Shown one piece after another: positions 23,851-37,231 of a DNA stretch of 64,000 nt. How positions within the stretch are numbered: the first letter of the stretch is position 1; every line of letters starts with the position of its first letter. This DNA is from Podarcis vaucheri (Eukaryota). Location: NCBI GenBank assembly GCA_965113315.1, contig OZ220363.1, one strand, 5' to 3'. Both the position numbers and the translations under genes were made by a program. The notes beneath the pieces are model-generated. The model ran no database searches. It saw only the letters and a list, made by a program, of their open reading frames with translations, and had not been told where the DNA came from.

Positions 23851-25589
23851 TTAGTCACGTCCATTAACTTAAATGGCTCCATTCTGAGTAGGACTAACAG
23901 TGAACAGGACCCAAGAAACCTGAGCCTTTCTTTTTTGGTACAGTGCCTAGTAAATGTGGGGCACTTTTATAAATGTTAAATTAAAATGCTGATACTGTTA
24001 CAAGAGCAGCCAGTTTCTGACAATGGGGCTGGGGGAGTGCAAAATGTCATAATGAGCAACGGACAGGTGAGATCTTCCAAAGGAGAGATGCTCATAAGAA
24101 TATTCACAAAATGAACATGACATTTGTATTTTATACCAGGCGACTTCTTGAGAGCTCTGGTGGGGCATGTTCAAAATGGTGTCTGGTTCTTTCCCCCAAA
24201 CCTCTATCAACTACATGATGGAAACAAAACAAATCCTGCAGTGTAAATTAGTGATTCCCCTCCCTGAAAGCCGCTGCTGAAATCATCAAAAATTGGATTG
24301 CTTTCCTTGGATAAAGAATGTGTCAGCAAAGAACACATTACCTGATAAAATTACTTCAGGGAGGAAGGAATTCATGCATTGGTGTAGCTTGAAAGGTGTT
24401 TATGATGCAGCGAAATAAAACAGGAATATAAAACAGACCTGGTTGTCTAAGTAATGAATGAGTATCAATTGGAGAAAATTGACTTACATGCAATCTAGTT
24501 ATTTCTGCCAAAAGAGGAGGCGGTGGGGTGGGGTGGGGGGGACATGACCTCAATATCTAAAGCAAGCTAAAGACTTATATGGGACACACAGTTTCCCCCT
24601 CTCATTCTCCCTTTTAACCAGATCCTAGCCTTAAACAGACCTAAGATCTCTTGGGAGAAGTTCTATTTAGCTCAGTGGCAGTAATTGCAGCCCTAAGCTA
24701 CTGACTCATCCCCTTAGCTACTCCTAATTATGCAGAAATCTTGTTTTACCCTCCCAAAGTAGAGAAGAAAAATAAGGTTTGCGAATAAGGGTGGGTGGTT
24801 GTTGTTGTTGTTGTTGTTTTAAGAACTGCTTAGTAGAATTACATTGAAATGCAAGCAATAAATATGTTTAGCAGACCAGCTATCAACAACTCCATGGAGG
24901 GAAACATGAAATGCAAAATCTAATTTTCACCCCAGGGTTTTGTTTTGCTTTTTTAATCCCCCTTTGGAGCTAACTTTACTTAATGTATCTGCATTTTTTA
25001 AAAAACAGACAACAAACTAGAGCAAAGGAATGTGCAAGAGAACCCATTCGTCTTTTCATAATGGACCCCGTGACGAGAATTGTATCAGGTGAATGTCACT
25101 GTCTGAGGCCATGGGTGGCAAGTTCTCATTCTGCTGCTGGGGGATTTAAAATAAGTCCCCTTCAGACGTTATATTAGGACTAAATGGGGGGGGGAGGGCA
25201 TCACAGCAGCGAGCTTCTCTTCTGACCTTTATGCATTCATTAGAACAAGAGCACTGGCCATGCGCTATATAGTCCAATGACATATGGGTAGGCAGTCCCT
25301 GCACATACAGCATTTGCATGGCTCTGTGAGAGATTCCTCTGCACCTACCATCTAAAAGCAGAGGGCTTGGTGTCTGCAGAAGTTCTAATAAAACACATAG
25401 GCTGCCACAATGCTGCTCCACCACCCTGAGCTAAACTGCAATCATTATGTTTGAAAGGAGCTATAGAATGTAGCTGTTCTTCACATCCAGCAAAGCCAGT
25501 CTGGTTTCTTTAGAGAAAGAGTAAGATAGATGGATGGTTGGATGGGTGATAGGTAGATAGGAAGACAGACAATGCTGTTGTTTTTAAAT

Positions 25590-25730
25590 CTTGCCCATCT
25601 GGCTGGGTTTCCCCTGCCACTCTGGGCAGCTTACAACAAATATAAAAACACAACAAAACATCAAACATTAAAAACCAAAATATCCTATACAAGCAACAAA
25701 CAAAGCAATAAATCAATAGAAATCGATAGC

Positions 25731-25765
<35 letters not shown>

Positions 25766-25770
25766 ACAGT
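25590..25770 (-). repeat. L2-like 3'-end remnant followed by (AAC)n microsatellite
   Basis: GCCCATCTGGCTGGGTTTCCCCTGCCACTCTGGGC motif as near 5110; (AAC)n 25729-25767. Confidence 0.65.
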
Positions 25771-28302
25771 TTACAGTTATACCCAAATTAAAATAACCAC
25801 CAACTCCAACTAAACATTTACCCAACACCAACCCAACAGAAACAAAACAGAGGAACCAAAATTGGAACCATTTAAAACATTTTTTAAAATTTTAGCCAAT
25901 TGCCACAAACCAAGAGTTGTTCCAGAAATGTCCCAGTGGCCTCCCAAGAGCCTCTTTTAGCTGTTCAGGGTGAGTCTGGGCCCCGCCCCCTGGGCCAGGT
26001 GGAAATGGGCAGCTGCAGCAGATGTAGATAAACAGACACACACACATATGTGAAACCAAGAAACAATAAATGCTCGAAGAGATAAATGGCATAAGGAAGT
26101 GTAAGAGTGAGGCTAAGGGCTCACCCATAATTGTTCTACTACCACTTCCCCCGGGAAACCCATTCTTTACTGCGGAATCTGAACCAACGCCAATCGGGTT
26201 TCCCGCAGATCGACACTTGCTCCGATTCAGCGCTAAAGAGTGGTTTTTCCTGGGGAAAGTTGTGGGGCAAACACAAAACTACTCAGACCTGCGGGACAAG
26301 TGGAAAACTGCTCAGATTCATGCTTTCTAGGCACGGGACAAGCAGAAGTGTGGTTGAGCCCCCAGAGCTAAGTAATGGCAGCAACAGATGCAAGAGAATC
26401 AAACAGACAATTGGTTATGAAGTCTTGCCTCACTTGCTCTGGCCCATACCCTCCTCAAGGGCCTTTGTCTGGCTGGAATGTGTCTTTGCCCCTTGCTTGC
26501 TTGGGTGGAGGTGTTTGTGTGTGTGTGGAAACATCTGGTTTTGAACAGCTGGAGCTTAGTATACTATGAGAAGATAAGAGGTGCATCTGTTGCTTGCCCA
26601 ATTTTACCTTTGACCCGACCCACCATTAACATTGGAGGAAATGTGGCCCCTGAGCTAAAATTCTCTACTCCTGGTTTAGAGGCTATGAAGGGTCCCATAT
26701 AAGACATTTTCATTTGCAATGATATTTTATGTTGTTTCTTTTGCTCATAATTTTACGATATAGCAACCGGTTTTTACTATGTCTATATATTATTTACCCC
26801 ACCCATTTTCTACATATACTAAAACAAATAAGAGGAGGGAAGTAGAAGCATTTCTGCAGAAGCTGAAAACTTCTCATTATCTGATGTTGCAATCAGATTT
26901 TGCACAGAGTTACTAGCAGAGCTTAACCACAAGGATCAGATTGGTTTAAAAATCTTTCCATAATTTGCTTTGGCAGCTGCAAATATGTGATTGCATATAT
27001 CCTGGAACATAAATATATCTTGCTGAAATTTGCATTTTTGTAAGTGTGGTTAAGGGGGGGGAGAGAGAAAATATTATAAAGAACTAGAAACGCCCTTCCT
27101 TCCTGATTAACTTGCTATTTTATTTCCTTCTTATTTTTCTATATCTCGACCTATCGTTTTTTTACTTCTGTTTGTTTCTGTCAGTGTGCCACATTCAACC
27201 TTTTCTATGAAATGTCTATACTTATTTTCTGTTGTTTCAACAAAAAAATTAACTCCTTGCTCCAGATATTAGAATTGATTTGTGTTTATTGAATAATGAT
27301 GAACATCTAAATCAAGCTGAAATCTACACTTCTTTTCTTTCAGAAATGTTATTTCACTTTGAATATATGGATATATATGTATATAGTGCAGGGCTAGGAA
27401 ACCTGTAACCAGCGGAGACTGCTCCATTAGGGCAAACGGGGATTGCCTCACCAACCGCAGTCTGCCCTCAGCCAATCCCCAACTGCCTGCCTTCTTTCTT
27501 ATGATAAGTTATGAGGTGACTCTGCCTGGCTTTGGCTCCACCTACTGTTTGTCCTCCAGCATTATGTCCTGCCAGTCTCAATGGGCAGCAGCCACCAGTA
27601 CTTTTAACCTTCCAGATATTAATTCATTGTTCCATTTATCTCCCATCTTTTCTCCAAAAAGATGGCACACACGGTTCTCTCCTTCCCTTTTTTATCCTCC
27701 CAACAAGCCTCTGAGGCAGTTTAGGCTGAGCAGTACTGACTGGCCCTAGGTAACCAGGTTCACTTCATGGAGAGTGATGGTTGAACTGGAATCTCCCACG
27801 TTCTTCAGTCCTACACCATGCTGGTTCTCATTCCTGCCAGCTAGGTGACAACTCCTATACTACCTGACCCCTGGCCATGTTGGCTGGGGTGGATGGGAGT
27901 TGGAATCCAGTAACATCTTGAGGGCCACAGGTTCCCTCCTTGAACTGGCAGGGGGAAGTCCTTGCTCCACAGAGTTTCTTCAGAAAGATTCAATTAAAAT
28001 ATATATATTCATCATAAATGACCCTTTGAGATGATTGTGGGTTCCTTGTTTAATTGTGGTTCACAGAATCATCTCAGACCCATTCTGAGATGTTGCATCA
28101 CAATGGGCCTGTGGTTTCTTACCCATCTGTTTGCCTTTTACTTAAGAAAATGAGAAGAACCCTGCAGAATCAGACTGAAGATCTATCTGGTCCAGGATCC
28201 TTTTCCCCCACAACAGCCAACCAGATGCCTCTGGAAAGCATTATGTGAGGGCAACAGCCCTCTCCTCATTGTTGCTCTTTGACAACAGGTACACAGATAA
28301 AT

Positions 28303-28652
28303 TGGGTGGCGCTGTGGGTTAAACCACAGAGCCTAGGACTTGCTGATCAGAAGGTCAGCGGTTTGAATCCCCACGACGGGGTGAGCTCCTGTTGTTCAGT
28401 CCCAGCTCCTGCCAACCTAGCAGTTTGAAAGCACGTCAAAGTGCAAGTAGATAAATAGGTACTGCTCCGGCGGGAAGGTAAACGGCGTTTCCGTGTGCTG
28501 CTCTGGTTCACCAGAAGCAGCTTAGTCATGCTGGCCACATGACCCGGAAGCTGTACGCCGGCTCCCTTGGCCAATAAAGCGAGATGAGCGCAGCAACCCC
28601 AGAGTCGGTCACGACTGGACCTAATGGTCAGGGGTCCCTTTACCTTTACCTT
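28303..28652 (+). mobile_element. Sauria SINE nested in an old CR1 3' fragment
   Basis: 13-bp TSD TACACAGATAAAT; (ACCTTT)n tail. Confidence 0.95.
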
Positions 28653-29061
28653 TACACAGATAAATACAGCCTCTGAACTTGGAGGGTGCATTTAACCGTC
28701 ATGGCTGATAGACATTGAAAAACTTGTCCTCCATGAATTTGTCTCATTTCCTTTCAAAGTCATCCATATGAGTGCTCATCATATAAATGTGTAATAATGA
28801 TCTGGAACTTGAGCTACAGAAAACCACCTACTTGTCCATTGAGCTTCTATTGAGTACTCTAACTGGCCATGGCTCTCTAGGATCTCCTACCTCTTCCTTT
28901 TAACTCGGAATGATGGACTGAGCCATAGGGCCTTCTGAATGAAAAGCAAATGCTCTACCACTGAGCTACAGTGACACCATTGTAGAGTAGACTTGGAGAC
29001 ATAGGTCTGGGACCCTGTTGCCCATGAGGGAGTATCAAATGACTCCCAGAGACAGCTAGCT

Positions 29062-29094
<33 letters not shown>

Positions 29095-29099
<5 letters not shown>

Positions 29100-29308
29100 A
29101 CATCGGGTTGCAAACACTTTGGGTTACAAACACTTGGGGTTACAGACTCCGCTAACCCGGAAGTAGTACCTCGGGTTACAAACTTTACCTCAGGATGAGA
29201 ACAGAAATCTCACGGCAACAGCACAGTGGCAGTGGGAGGCCCCATTAGCTAAAGTGGTACCTCAGGATAAGAATGGTTTCAGGTTAAGAACGGACCTCCA
29301 GAACGAAT
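29095..29308 (-). mobile_element. Tigger-type MITE (truncated), adjacent to (CA)n
   Basis: Reverse-complement homology to 10061-10299. Confidence 0.85.
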
Positions 29309-32300
29309 GGTGTGAAAGTGAGAAAAATTGGAGTAATGGCAGCAGCTAGGAGAACGTGACTGAGCAGCCAGGGTAATATGGGGGCCAAAAAGTTTCATGA
29401 TGGCAGCAAAGCTCTAAGCACAGCACAGGCCAGGAGCAGCTAGGGCACCCTCCCTCAGACATGGTCATGTTCCTGCTGCGGCATAGTCCCTGCTCATGTG
29501 GCCTTCATATATCTATTGGTTTGACCAAATTGGCCTGTAAATCCAAGCTGCTAAATTGTTTCTATTCTGTTCTATTCGCAGTGCAAGCCATCTATTTGTT
29601 TAATTGTCGTGTTGCGGAGGAGACAATTGAGATAACATTCTCCATCTATTTGCTTATAAATGAAGAACTGGTACCGGCAGCTTAGCAAATTTAACACTAG
29701 CAGCTTCCTTTAATGGAGCATGAATCTGCTTAAGCCAGCCATAAATATTTGTGGGCAGCATGAATAAAAATAATTTCTAACGAATAATTACAGCTGAGAT
29801 TAAGAGTTGACATATTGCTGCTTGGCAGCCGCACAGCTGGGTTCTTAGCTCAGAGCATTAGACGAGCTCGATTACTTGCAATGGGGGGTTATTTATTCTG
29901 CTGACCTGCTAGCACAATTCTCCTCAGGGCTCTTTTTTTCTATCAGAGCATAATATCTCACAGTGTTAGCATGTCTGTTTACTTCTTCCATTAAATTCAT
30001 TCCCCCCCCCCAACCTCCCCAGGTGTGTGATGGATTATTTTTTTTAAAACACTGTGTCTCTATTATGCTATTGTTTCCAGTTTAAATGGGTTCCCTTGGG
30101 CAGAGATGTTCATATTCAGATTTGCCCCCCCCCCCCGCCGCCCCCCAATGGAAAGACAAATAAACACAAACCTGTGTCAAGAGATGGGGCATTTTATGGC
30201 CAAGGGTTGTGTCAATCAATGACAGTTGCTTATTTCCTGTAAAGAGGGACAGTGTGGTGTAGTGGTTATAGAAGGCTGGACCAGGACCTGCGCTTCCTAG
30301 GTTCCAATTTCCATTCAGTCATGTAACTCTCTGGGTTGCTTTGAGTCTGTTATGTTTGTTCAGCCAGAACCCACCACACAGGGATTTTTTGAGGATAAAG
30401 CGTGGAGCTGGGGAGAATGACGTATGCCACCTTGAATTCCTTGCAGGAAACCTGAGGTATACATGTAATAGACAGAGCTTCACAATTTGCAATTTTTTTT
30501 TCCTGGACCTGCTATTTGATTTCCTTCTCCCTCCCCTCCCTCAAAAGAAATTCTGTTGTTGTTTACTTGGCAAATGGCAAGTGTCCTGTGGTTGAAGGTG
30601 GCTGATGAATTGAGCACAGAGGACAAATGTTTCTGCAACTTGTATGGCTTGTATGGCTAAAGCCATGGGGAAGGAAAATGATGTGTCTGGCAATGTGTTT
30701 TTCACTTTGGGGGCAACCTCTCAAGCTAGGTCTTGCTCCCTCTTGTAACATTTCAGGGCCAAACTAGACATGATGCTAGAGGTGCAAGGACTTCCATCGG
30801 ATGGTTTCATGTTTACATTGCTACCGTTTTTGAAGACTCCTTAAGTTACTGGAGTAGTGGGGTGGAAGGGAAGAAGTGCTTAAACTTTTCACTATGGAAT
30901 GTTTTCGCATTCAAAATTCACCATCACCACCACTGGGTTTTTTCCTGCTTTGCAGGGGAGGGGGGGAAGAAGCAGGGGAAAAGATATCTGATCTATGTAC
31001 CTTTCCCCCTGAAGATATCAAACAGTTGGGATGGCCATTTTGATCAGCAAAACAACCTGAGGTATTAGGCATCCCCATCTATGTTGGTATTACATCATAT
31101 CTGAAGTAATATCTTCATGCCTTCTGTGTTGTTCCCACTTTGTCCCTGAGACAATGTCCTTTTTCAAGAATACTTGTATTTCTGCTCCATGGGATAGTTC
31201 TACACCCTGAATAACTACAAACAGGAATTGTTGGATACCAATTCTACTTCACCTCAGCCACCATGGTAAATTTCAGGGAGTTGTTCTCCAATCACAGGTG
31301 AAGGACCACAGGTTATGATTTAAATCAACCTTAGTCAATGCTTTTAAAATACATTTCTTATCCAAGGTGTGCTTTTCAAACTTCCTGAGGACTTCGTTCT
31401 TCTCCAGTGAAACCTCTTTCCCTTCTCTATTGAAATCTAAAATAGAGGAACCTCTGTCTTATTTATTATGCTTTGAATAAGTGGAATGTCTTGAGAAGAA
31501 GCCATCGGTTCATTATTTCATCTTCTTGCTGTGACGAGATTTTTTTATATACTCATGATGCCTCATTAAGCTTACTTAACATCTTGTGAAATCCACGTGG
31601 CTAGTATCCACTCCTTAGAAGCAGTCACTCCTATTGCTGGAATGCAGAAAAAACAACAGATTCTTTAAGGGCCAAAGGGTGAAAAATGAACTTATATTAA
31701 TAGAGGCAATAAAATGTGCATGTGCCACAACACTAAAAAGACGGCATTTCATTCTTGCATAGGCACACCAAGAGTTGTGTAATCCCATCAGAAATTCTAC
31801 CCTACTGGTTTAACCAAGGTTCTTGGTATGTTCTAGAATATTTGGTGCCATAGATGTTGTTGTTGATGATGGTGATAGTAGTGTACAGAGCTAAAAAATA
31901 TTCTGAGATGGTATTAAAATATTATGTTTTCTGTCATTAATTAGGGAAAGAAGGGCTTAAATTACTGGGGGCGGGGAACACTTCAACAATTCCACTACAA
32001 CTGCTTGATCTAGAATGGGCTTGCCACTTTGGGTTCCTTTGGGAACCCAATCAATCAATCAATCACCCTTGGCTGACTCTCCAAGGACCATGTGCCAGCT
32101 GTATGCTTGGTCACCCCACATTCTTTCATGCACTCATTCACAACGATCAAACAAAGGAGATACACAGAGGCACACAGCACTCCTGACCCAGTTGATACAT
32201 GAAGAACAGCTGAGGAGAGAGTTTATTGCCTCTTCTCCACTCATCAATCTGATGAACCAGTAAGGGGGCAATTTGCATCACTATTAGGGTACTAGGTTTC

Positions 32301-32323
32301 ACTCTCCATGGTACTACCTCTAC

Positions 32324-32480
32324 CAGGTCTTTTTTCCCCCAGCCAGAACGCACCGGAACCCAGTTCCAGTACCTCTCAGGTAGGCTGTGGCACCTGTCAG
32401 GTAGGCACCATTACCATTATAAGAGAACAAGGAAGACATTCATGGTGTTATGGCACCTCTTTTATAGAAAAATAGCACTG
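32324..32480. mobile_element. hAT-like MITE
   Basis: CAGGTCTTTTTT...AAAAATAGCACTG ends; degenerate 8-bp flanks. Confidence 0.5.
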
Positions 32481-34232
32481 GTCTCTTCTTTCTCCCCCTT
32501 CTCTGCTGCCCAAGTTGATAACAGAGGTGGATTTAGGGCAGCGTGATCAGTTCCTCTCCACTGGGTGCTGAACCTAAGGGCTCCACAGGGCATCAAAGCT
32601 ATGATGTAGCTAATTGAGAAGAACTGAAGGCAAGAAGTGGGGGGGGCCTCAAGTGGGGGGCTCACACAGGGGCACTGCTGAAATTTGAAAGTCTGCCTCT
32701 GTTGGTAGGGTCTTGAGAGGTCAGAAAAATTCACTGGGATTGGTGGTTTGCCATGCCTGAGCTAGATCAGTGGCACATTTGTTCTGCATGTTGGGTTGTT
32801 ATGAGCTGGAAACAACCGTGGATCTGACTGGGCTATGCTTTCCAAATGGCATGGGTGCTTCCAAAGGAAGACAGTAAAAATGAGAAGAGCAATATATGGG
32901 CAAATGCACTGTTCTTTGTGATCTTAGCCCTCTACTTGCACTGCAAACTGGAGCCAAGAAGGAAGGAAATTTGACTGTTGCGGCCCATGCCTGTCAGTTT
33001 GGATAGCAAACAAAACAATCATAAGTCTAGGAAGCTGGTGGAATTTATGCCAGCTTCAGTTAAGGTGATGTAAGTTATCGCATCCCAAACTCATTGAGCC
33101 TGGCGGAGTGAAAATCTTTAAAATAGAGTTTGCCTTACACCACCCTTTTTGCTGGCCTCAAGTTCTGACTTATTGCCAGGTCAACTGAAAAAGTTTTGAA
33201 TAGGTGTAAGCTTCTCCCTGAGACCACACCACACCCTTGCTTGGGACTTACACCAATGTAAGTTCCACCAGCTTAAGTTAAGCACCAGCTGAGCCAGCAC
33301 AGGGTTGTTCAAGCCAAGGTGAGGAATTTAACATATCCCAGATGAAATGCCAGCTAAGCCAGGACAGCCCAAGATCTGCCTATTCCAAACTCATATATCT
33401 GGGCATATCTTGGATTTGGACTGCATTGTAAATGTGGCATTTTGTGAGTCCTACATAAGCCCCACTGAGTTTAGTGGTGTTTCCTACCTGGAAACTCGGT
33501 TTAGGATTACAGCCTTAATTAATTCACTTGCATTAGTGGATTAACTAAAAATCGGAAACCATCTTTGCCCTTTCCTGTACAACTTTGTGTCCATGGTTGT
33601 TCTGCTTCTCTTCTAACATATAGGCTTGCAAAGACATGATCAGAAAAGGGGCTCCAGTCATGTGGTAATGGAGGAGCCACACACCTGCAACCCAGGTTGC
33701 AGCAGAAGTGCAGATCCACTTTCCACCCTGGGGAGATTAGCCTAATTGTTAACCCAGCCCTGATAAGATCTCTCATACACTTTTAACTAAGACAGCTATA
33801 AACTAAAACAAAGTCCTGACATGGCAAGTGTTCGGCTTGAGGAAGCTAGTGGGGAAAAATGCATTCGTTATAGTTTTAGATTCTTTCTAAATATAATGTT
33901 ATATAACTTGCCTCAAGTATCTACATCGGCAAGTGCCTTCAACTTCCTTGTTCAGCTGGGTTAAAATGTGCAAACACAATGAAATTTTAGCAGGTTTCAT
34001 TTCCTGGGAAATTGATGCATAGTGCCAGCTGAGAGATAGAAGAGGAAGGATAATGTTCTTGCTCTGCTCTGACCTAATTAAAATGCATTTTATACAACCC
34101 AGGCATCATTTACTTATTGATAACCATTGCCCTAAATGCCGTTCGATATCGGGATAATGTTACCTTAGTGCCTTTATACATAAAAATAAAAGTCCCCATG
34201 CTTCTTTATCTACTAACACCTCAGTTTTGATT

Positions 34233-34315
34233 CAGGCTGCAATCCTTACATGGAAGCAAGTCCCAGTGAATGCAATGTAGCTTACTTCTGAGTAGAGGTG
34301 TATAGGACTGCACAG
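34233..34315. repeat. ~85-bp palindromic interspersed repeat (GCAATCCT...AGTAAGYCCCA...ACTTACT...AGGATTGC type); copies near 9370, 33450, 40985, 45105, 49610
   Basis: Recurrent self-complementary unit. Confidence 0.65.
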
Positions 34316-37231
34316 TTAATCAGAAAGGCAAAGGCAGCCCGGGAGAGGTTGCCAAAATATGAGTCACAAATAGTCAACCCATTACTGTTTCAAATGAATT
34401 TCAGTCGTATCCTGAAAAGTACACAAACACAGAGAGATACAGATTGGCTAAGTATCATGTCTAAACTGGGTAATTGTCTGTGTAAATGAAATAGTCGGCC
34501 ATGCAGTAATACAATTTTTATATCCACATGTTCATTGCCAGGACATTGTCTGCCTGGATATTTGGTTGGATTTAAAACATAGTCACATTGCTGCAGATAC
34601 ATCTGGCACTTTATGAATGAACGAGTAACCGTTTCCAGAGATTAAAATGCTCAAAAACATTCCACAGCACAACAGCAAGCAAGTCAATGGCATGAGAGTT
34701 CATTTCAATGCTACTGCCAATGATGACAACTAAGATTTAAAAGTCTTCAGCTTGCAATTAGCTTTGTTTTTCCTTTTTTTTTTAAATTGGTAGGAGTGTG
34801 TTTACATGACCATGTCTTTTTCAAACCTTCATATTCTGTGCTTGATCTGTAACCATAGTAAGAGCTTTGTCAGATTAAATAAAGCTGGCGTTGACTTTGC
34901 AGATATATAGATATTAGTCAAAGCTGTCATTTATTCGTCTATCTAACCCCTTCTGAAATAAACACATTGAAACATCTGGACACCTTCTGCCAGGAACTTC
35001 ACCTGCAAAAATCCCACTGAAAGAAATTAAGCTATACAAGATGACATTCAACATGATCTCTCATGAAATAGCCATTCCCTTCAATGAAGCAAGAGGTGTT
35101 CCCTGAAAACTATGCATCCTTGGCATTTATTAACAGATACTAACCACTTTCCCAAAATAGTTATAGAAGTATTTCCTGCAAACTCACTGGGTGCGTGTGA
35201 AGTGTTAAACTGCCATACTCTTTTTCTGATGAACAGAATTTTACAGATTATGTCTACAGTGCAAACTTCAGCTACTGCCATCACCTGGTCAATCCAGGTG
35301 GCAGAGGCCTGTGAGTTCATACCTCCTGCACTTCAGTCTAACAGTGGTCTCCAAGGCTCAGTGGTAGGAATTCTGGCATATCCAAGGCATAAACATCCTG
35401 TTTGTGAAACATGGTGACCATTACTGGGCTGGGACACAAGCAGTCCTGGGAGGCTGTGTTAGGTGATATGGGATTGCATAACTGTCTGAGACAGAGGAAG
35501 AAGAAGAACTTAGTGTTAGTTTTTCTTTCATTTTCATGAAGCAGTTATGTGCTTCTTTATCAAACGTAGCCTTACCAAGCTAAATGTTGTCCAATCACAA
35601 AAATAATAGCATATTCCTCACACCCCAAAACATATTTTTAAGACCCCATCACTGAAGAAATTTGCAAAAATTAAGTTTCGCCTAAAATGATACAACTTAA
35701 TCCTCTAGTCCAAACTTCTTCTTTTTAGCATTCTGGTTTTTTCTGTTTACCAGGCATTTGCCAAATAACAATATTGCTGAAGCATATTACTGGACATTTT
35801 AAGTAAACAAATACACACTATAACTGCTTTTATCTGGGCACAAAAGTACATTTATGGTTGAATGACAATCCAGGCACTGGAACTGAATCGGTTCTTTTGG
35901 GTCAGCAGGCCATTTGAGGCATTCCTAAATTTCTGCCGGTTATCAGAAATTTGAACTGGTCATCTTTGGATTTCTGGGTGGCCATGTTTACATCATGTGG
36001 TAAGTCACTGAACTGCACAATGCAGCATCTTCCTGGGCTAACTTCCCTTAATCATGCCCTCCACAATGTTTTTGCACTACAGCTTCTATCAGCTTCAATT
36101 ATAATGGCCAAGGGCCAGAGATGAAGTAGTTCACAATATCTGGAGGACACCTATGTTGAGAAGATTGGCTTAGGCAGTTTAGTAAACTCAGGCCCTGGAC
36201 TAACTCCATCCACCCATGTCATCCACTGGATCTTCCTACACAGGAAGGACTATAAGAGGGCTTCCTGTTACTTAACTGTTAATTATTAATCTGATTGTTA
36301 ATAATAATAATTTTCCAATCTCTCAATTGCTATGTAAATGGAGAAAGAAACATGTGAATTTTGCGATGGGGCTCCTTCCTTTCTCACTTTTCCATGTGAC
36401 TTCATTCATGATCAAGTTCCCATCAGACTGTGATATGAACAAGGTCAAAGAGGATATTGTTACTACAGAACTGAGGAAGGATCTTGGTGTTCAAAGGTCA
36501 AAGCTTCCTTTGACTACTAGGAAGTCTGTGGAGTTTTGTTGTCGTTGTTGTTCCCTGAATGTCACCTGCAGCCAACCATAAATAACAAAAAGTGAATAAG
36601 AAAATTGATGCAAGAGGACATTATGCTGTGTACTACACCATACTGTGAAATTTAAGACCTTTACTTCTGAAAACTAGTTGCAAGGAAAAGTAATTCACTG
36701 GGAAGGAGGGTTGTAAATCTTTTAGCTGGACTCTACATTAAAGCCCACTGAAAGATTTATCCAGTTCGAGTTCTGCAGACATCACAAATGTTCTGACTAC
36801 TCAAAGATAATGTACTCCTTGATTCCTGCAAGGACATGGTGTAAACGTTGCTCTCCTTTAACCCATTCCTGAATGTCTTTCAAGAGAAAACTACTTGTGT
36901 GGGCCTTTCACATACATGAACCACCTTCTTTGCTGTCACGTTGGATAATTCAGAAAAATGAATTGGGTGTTGTGCCACTAGAGCACTATTATAGTGCCTG
37001 CTAAAATAAGACTCTGCTTCTCAAATCCTTGCAAACTTTTGCAAAATATTCTTTCAGTTTTGCAACACATTCAGCAGTTTCTAGAAATAAGGTTGGTCAG
37101 CTCCCAAGGCATCCTTGTTGAGTGTTGAAACTGGTTACCATTTCTCCTTATTTGATACTGTTTTTGGAAGAAAACAAAGGAACTATGTGAAATATTTAAA
37201 AGTGAAAGTTTTAAATATTTCAATTTGGATT

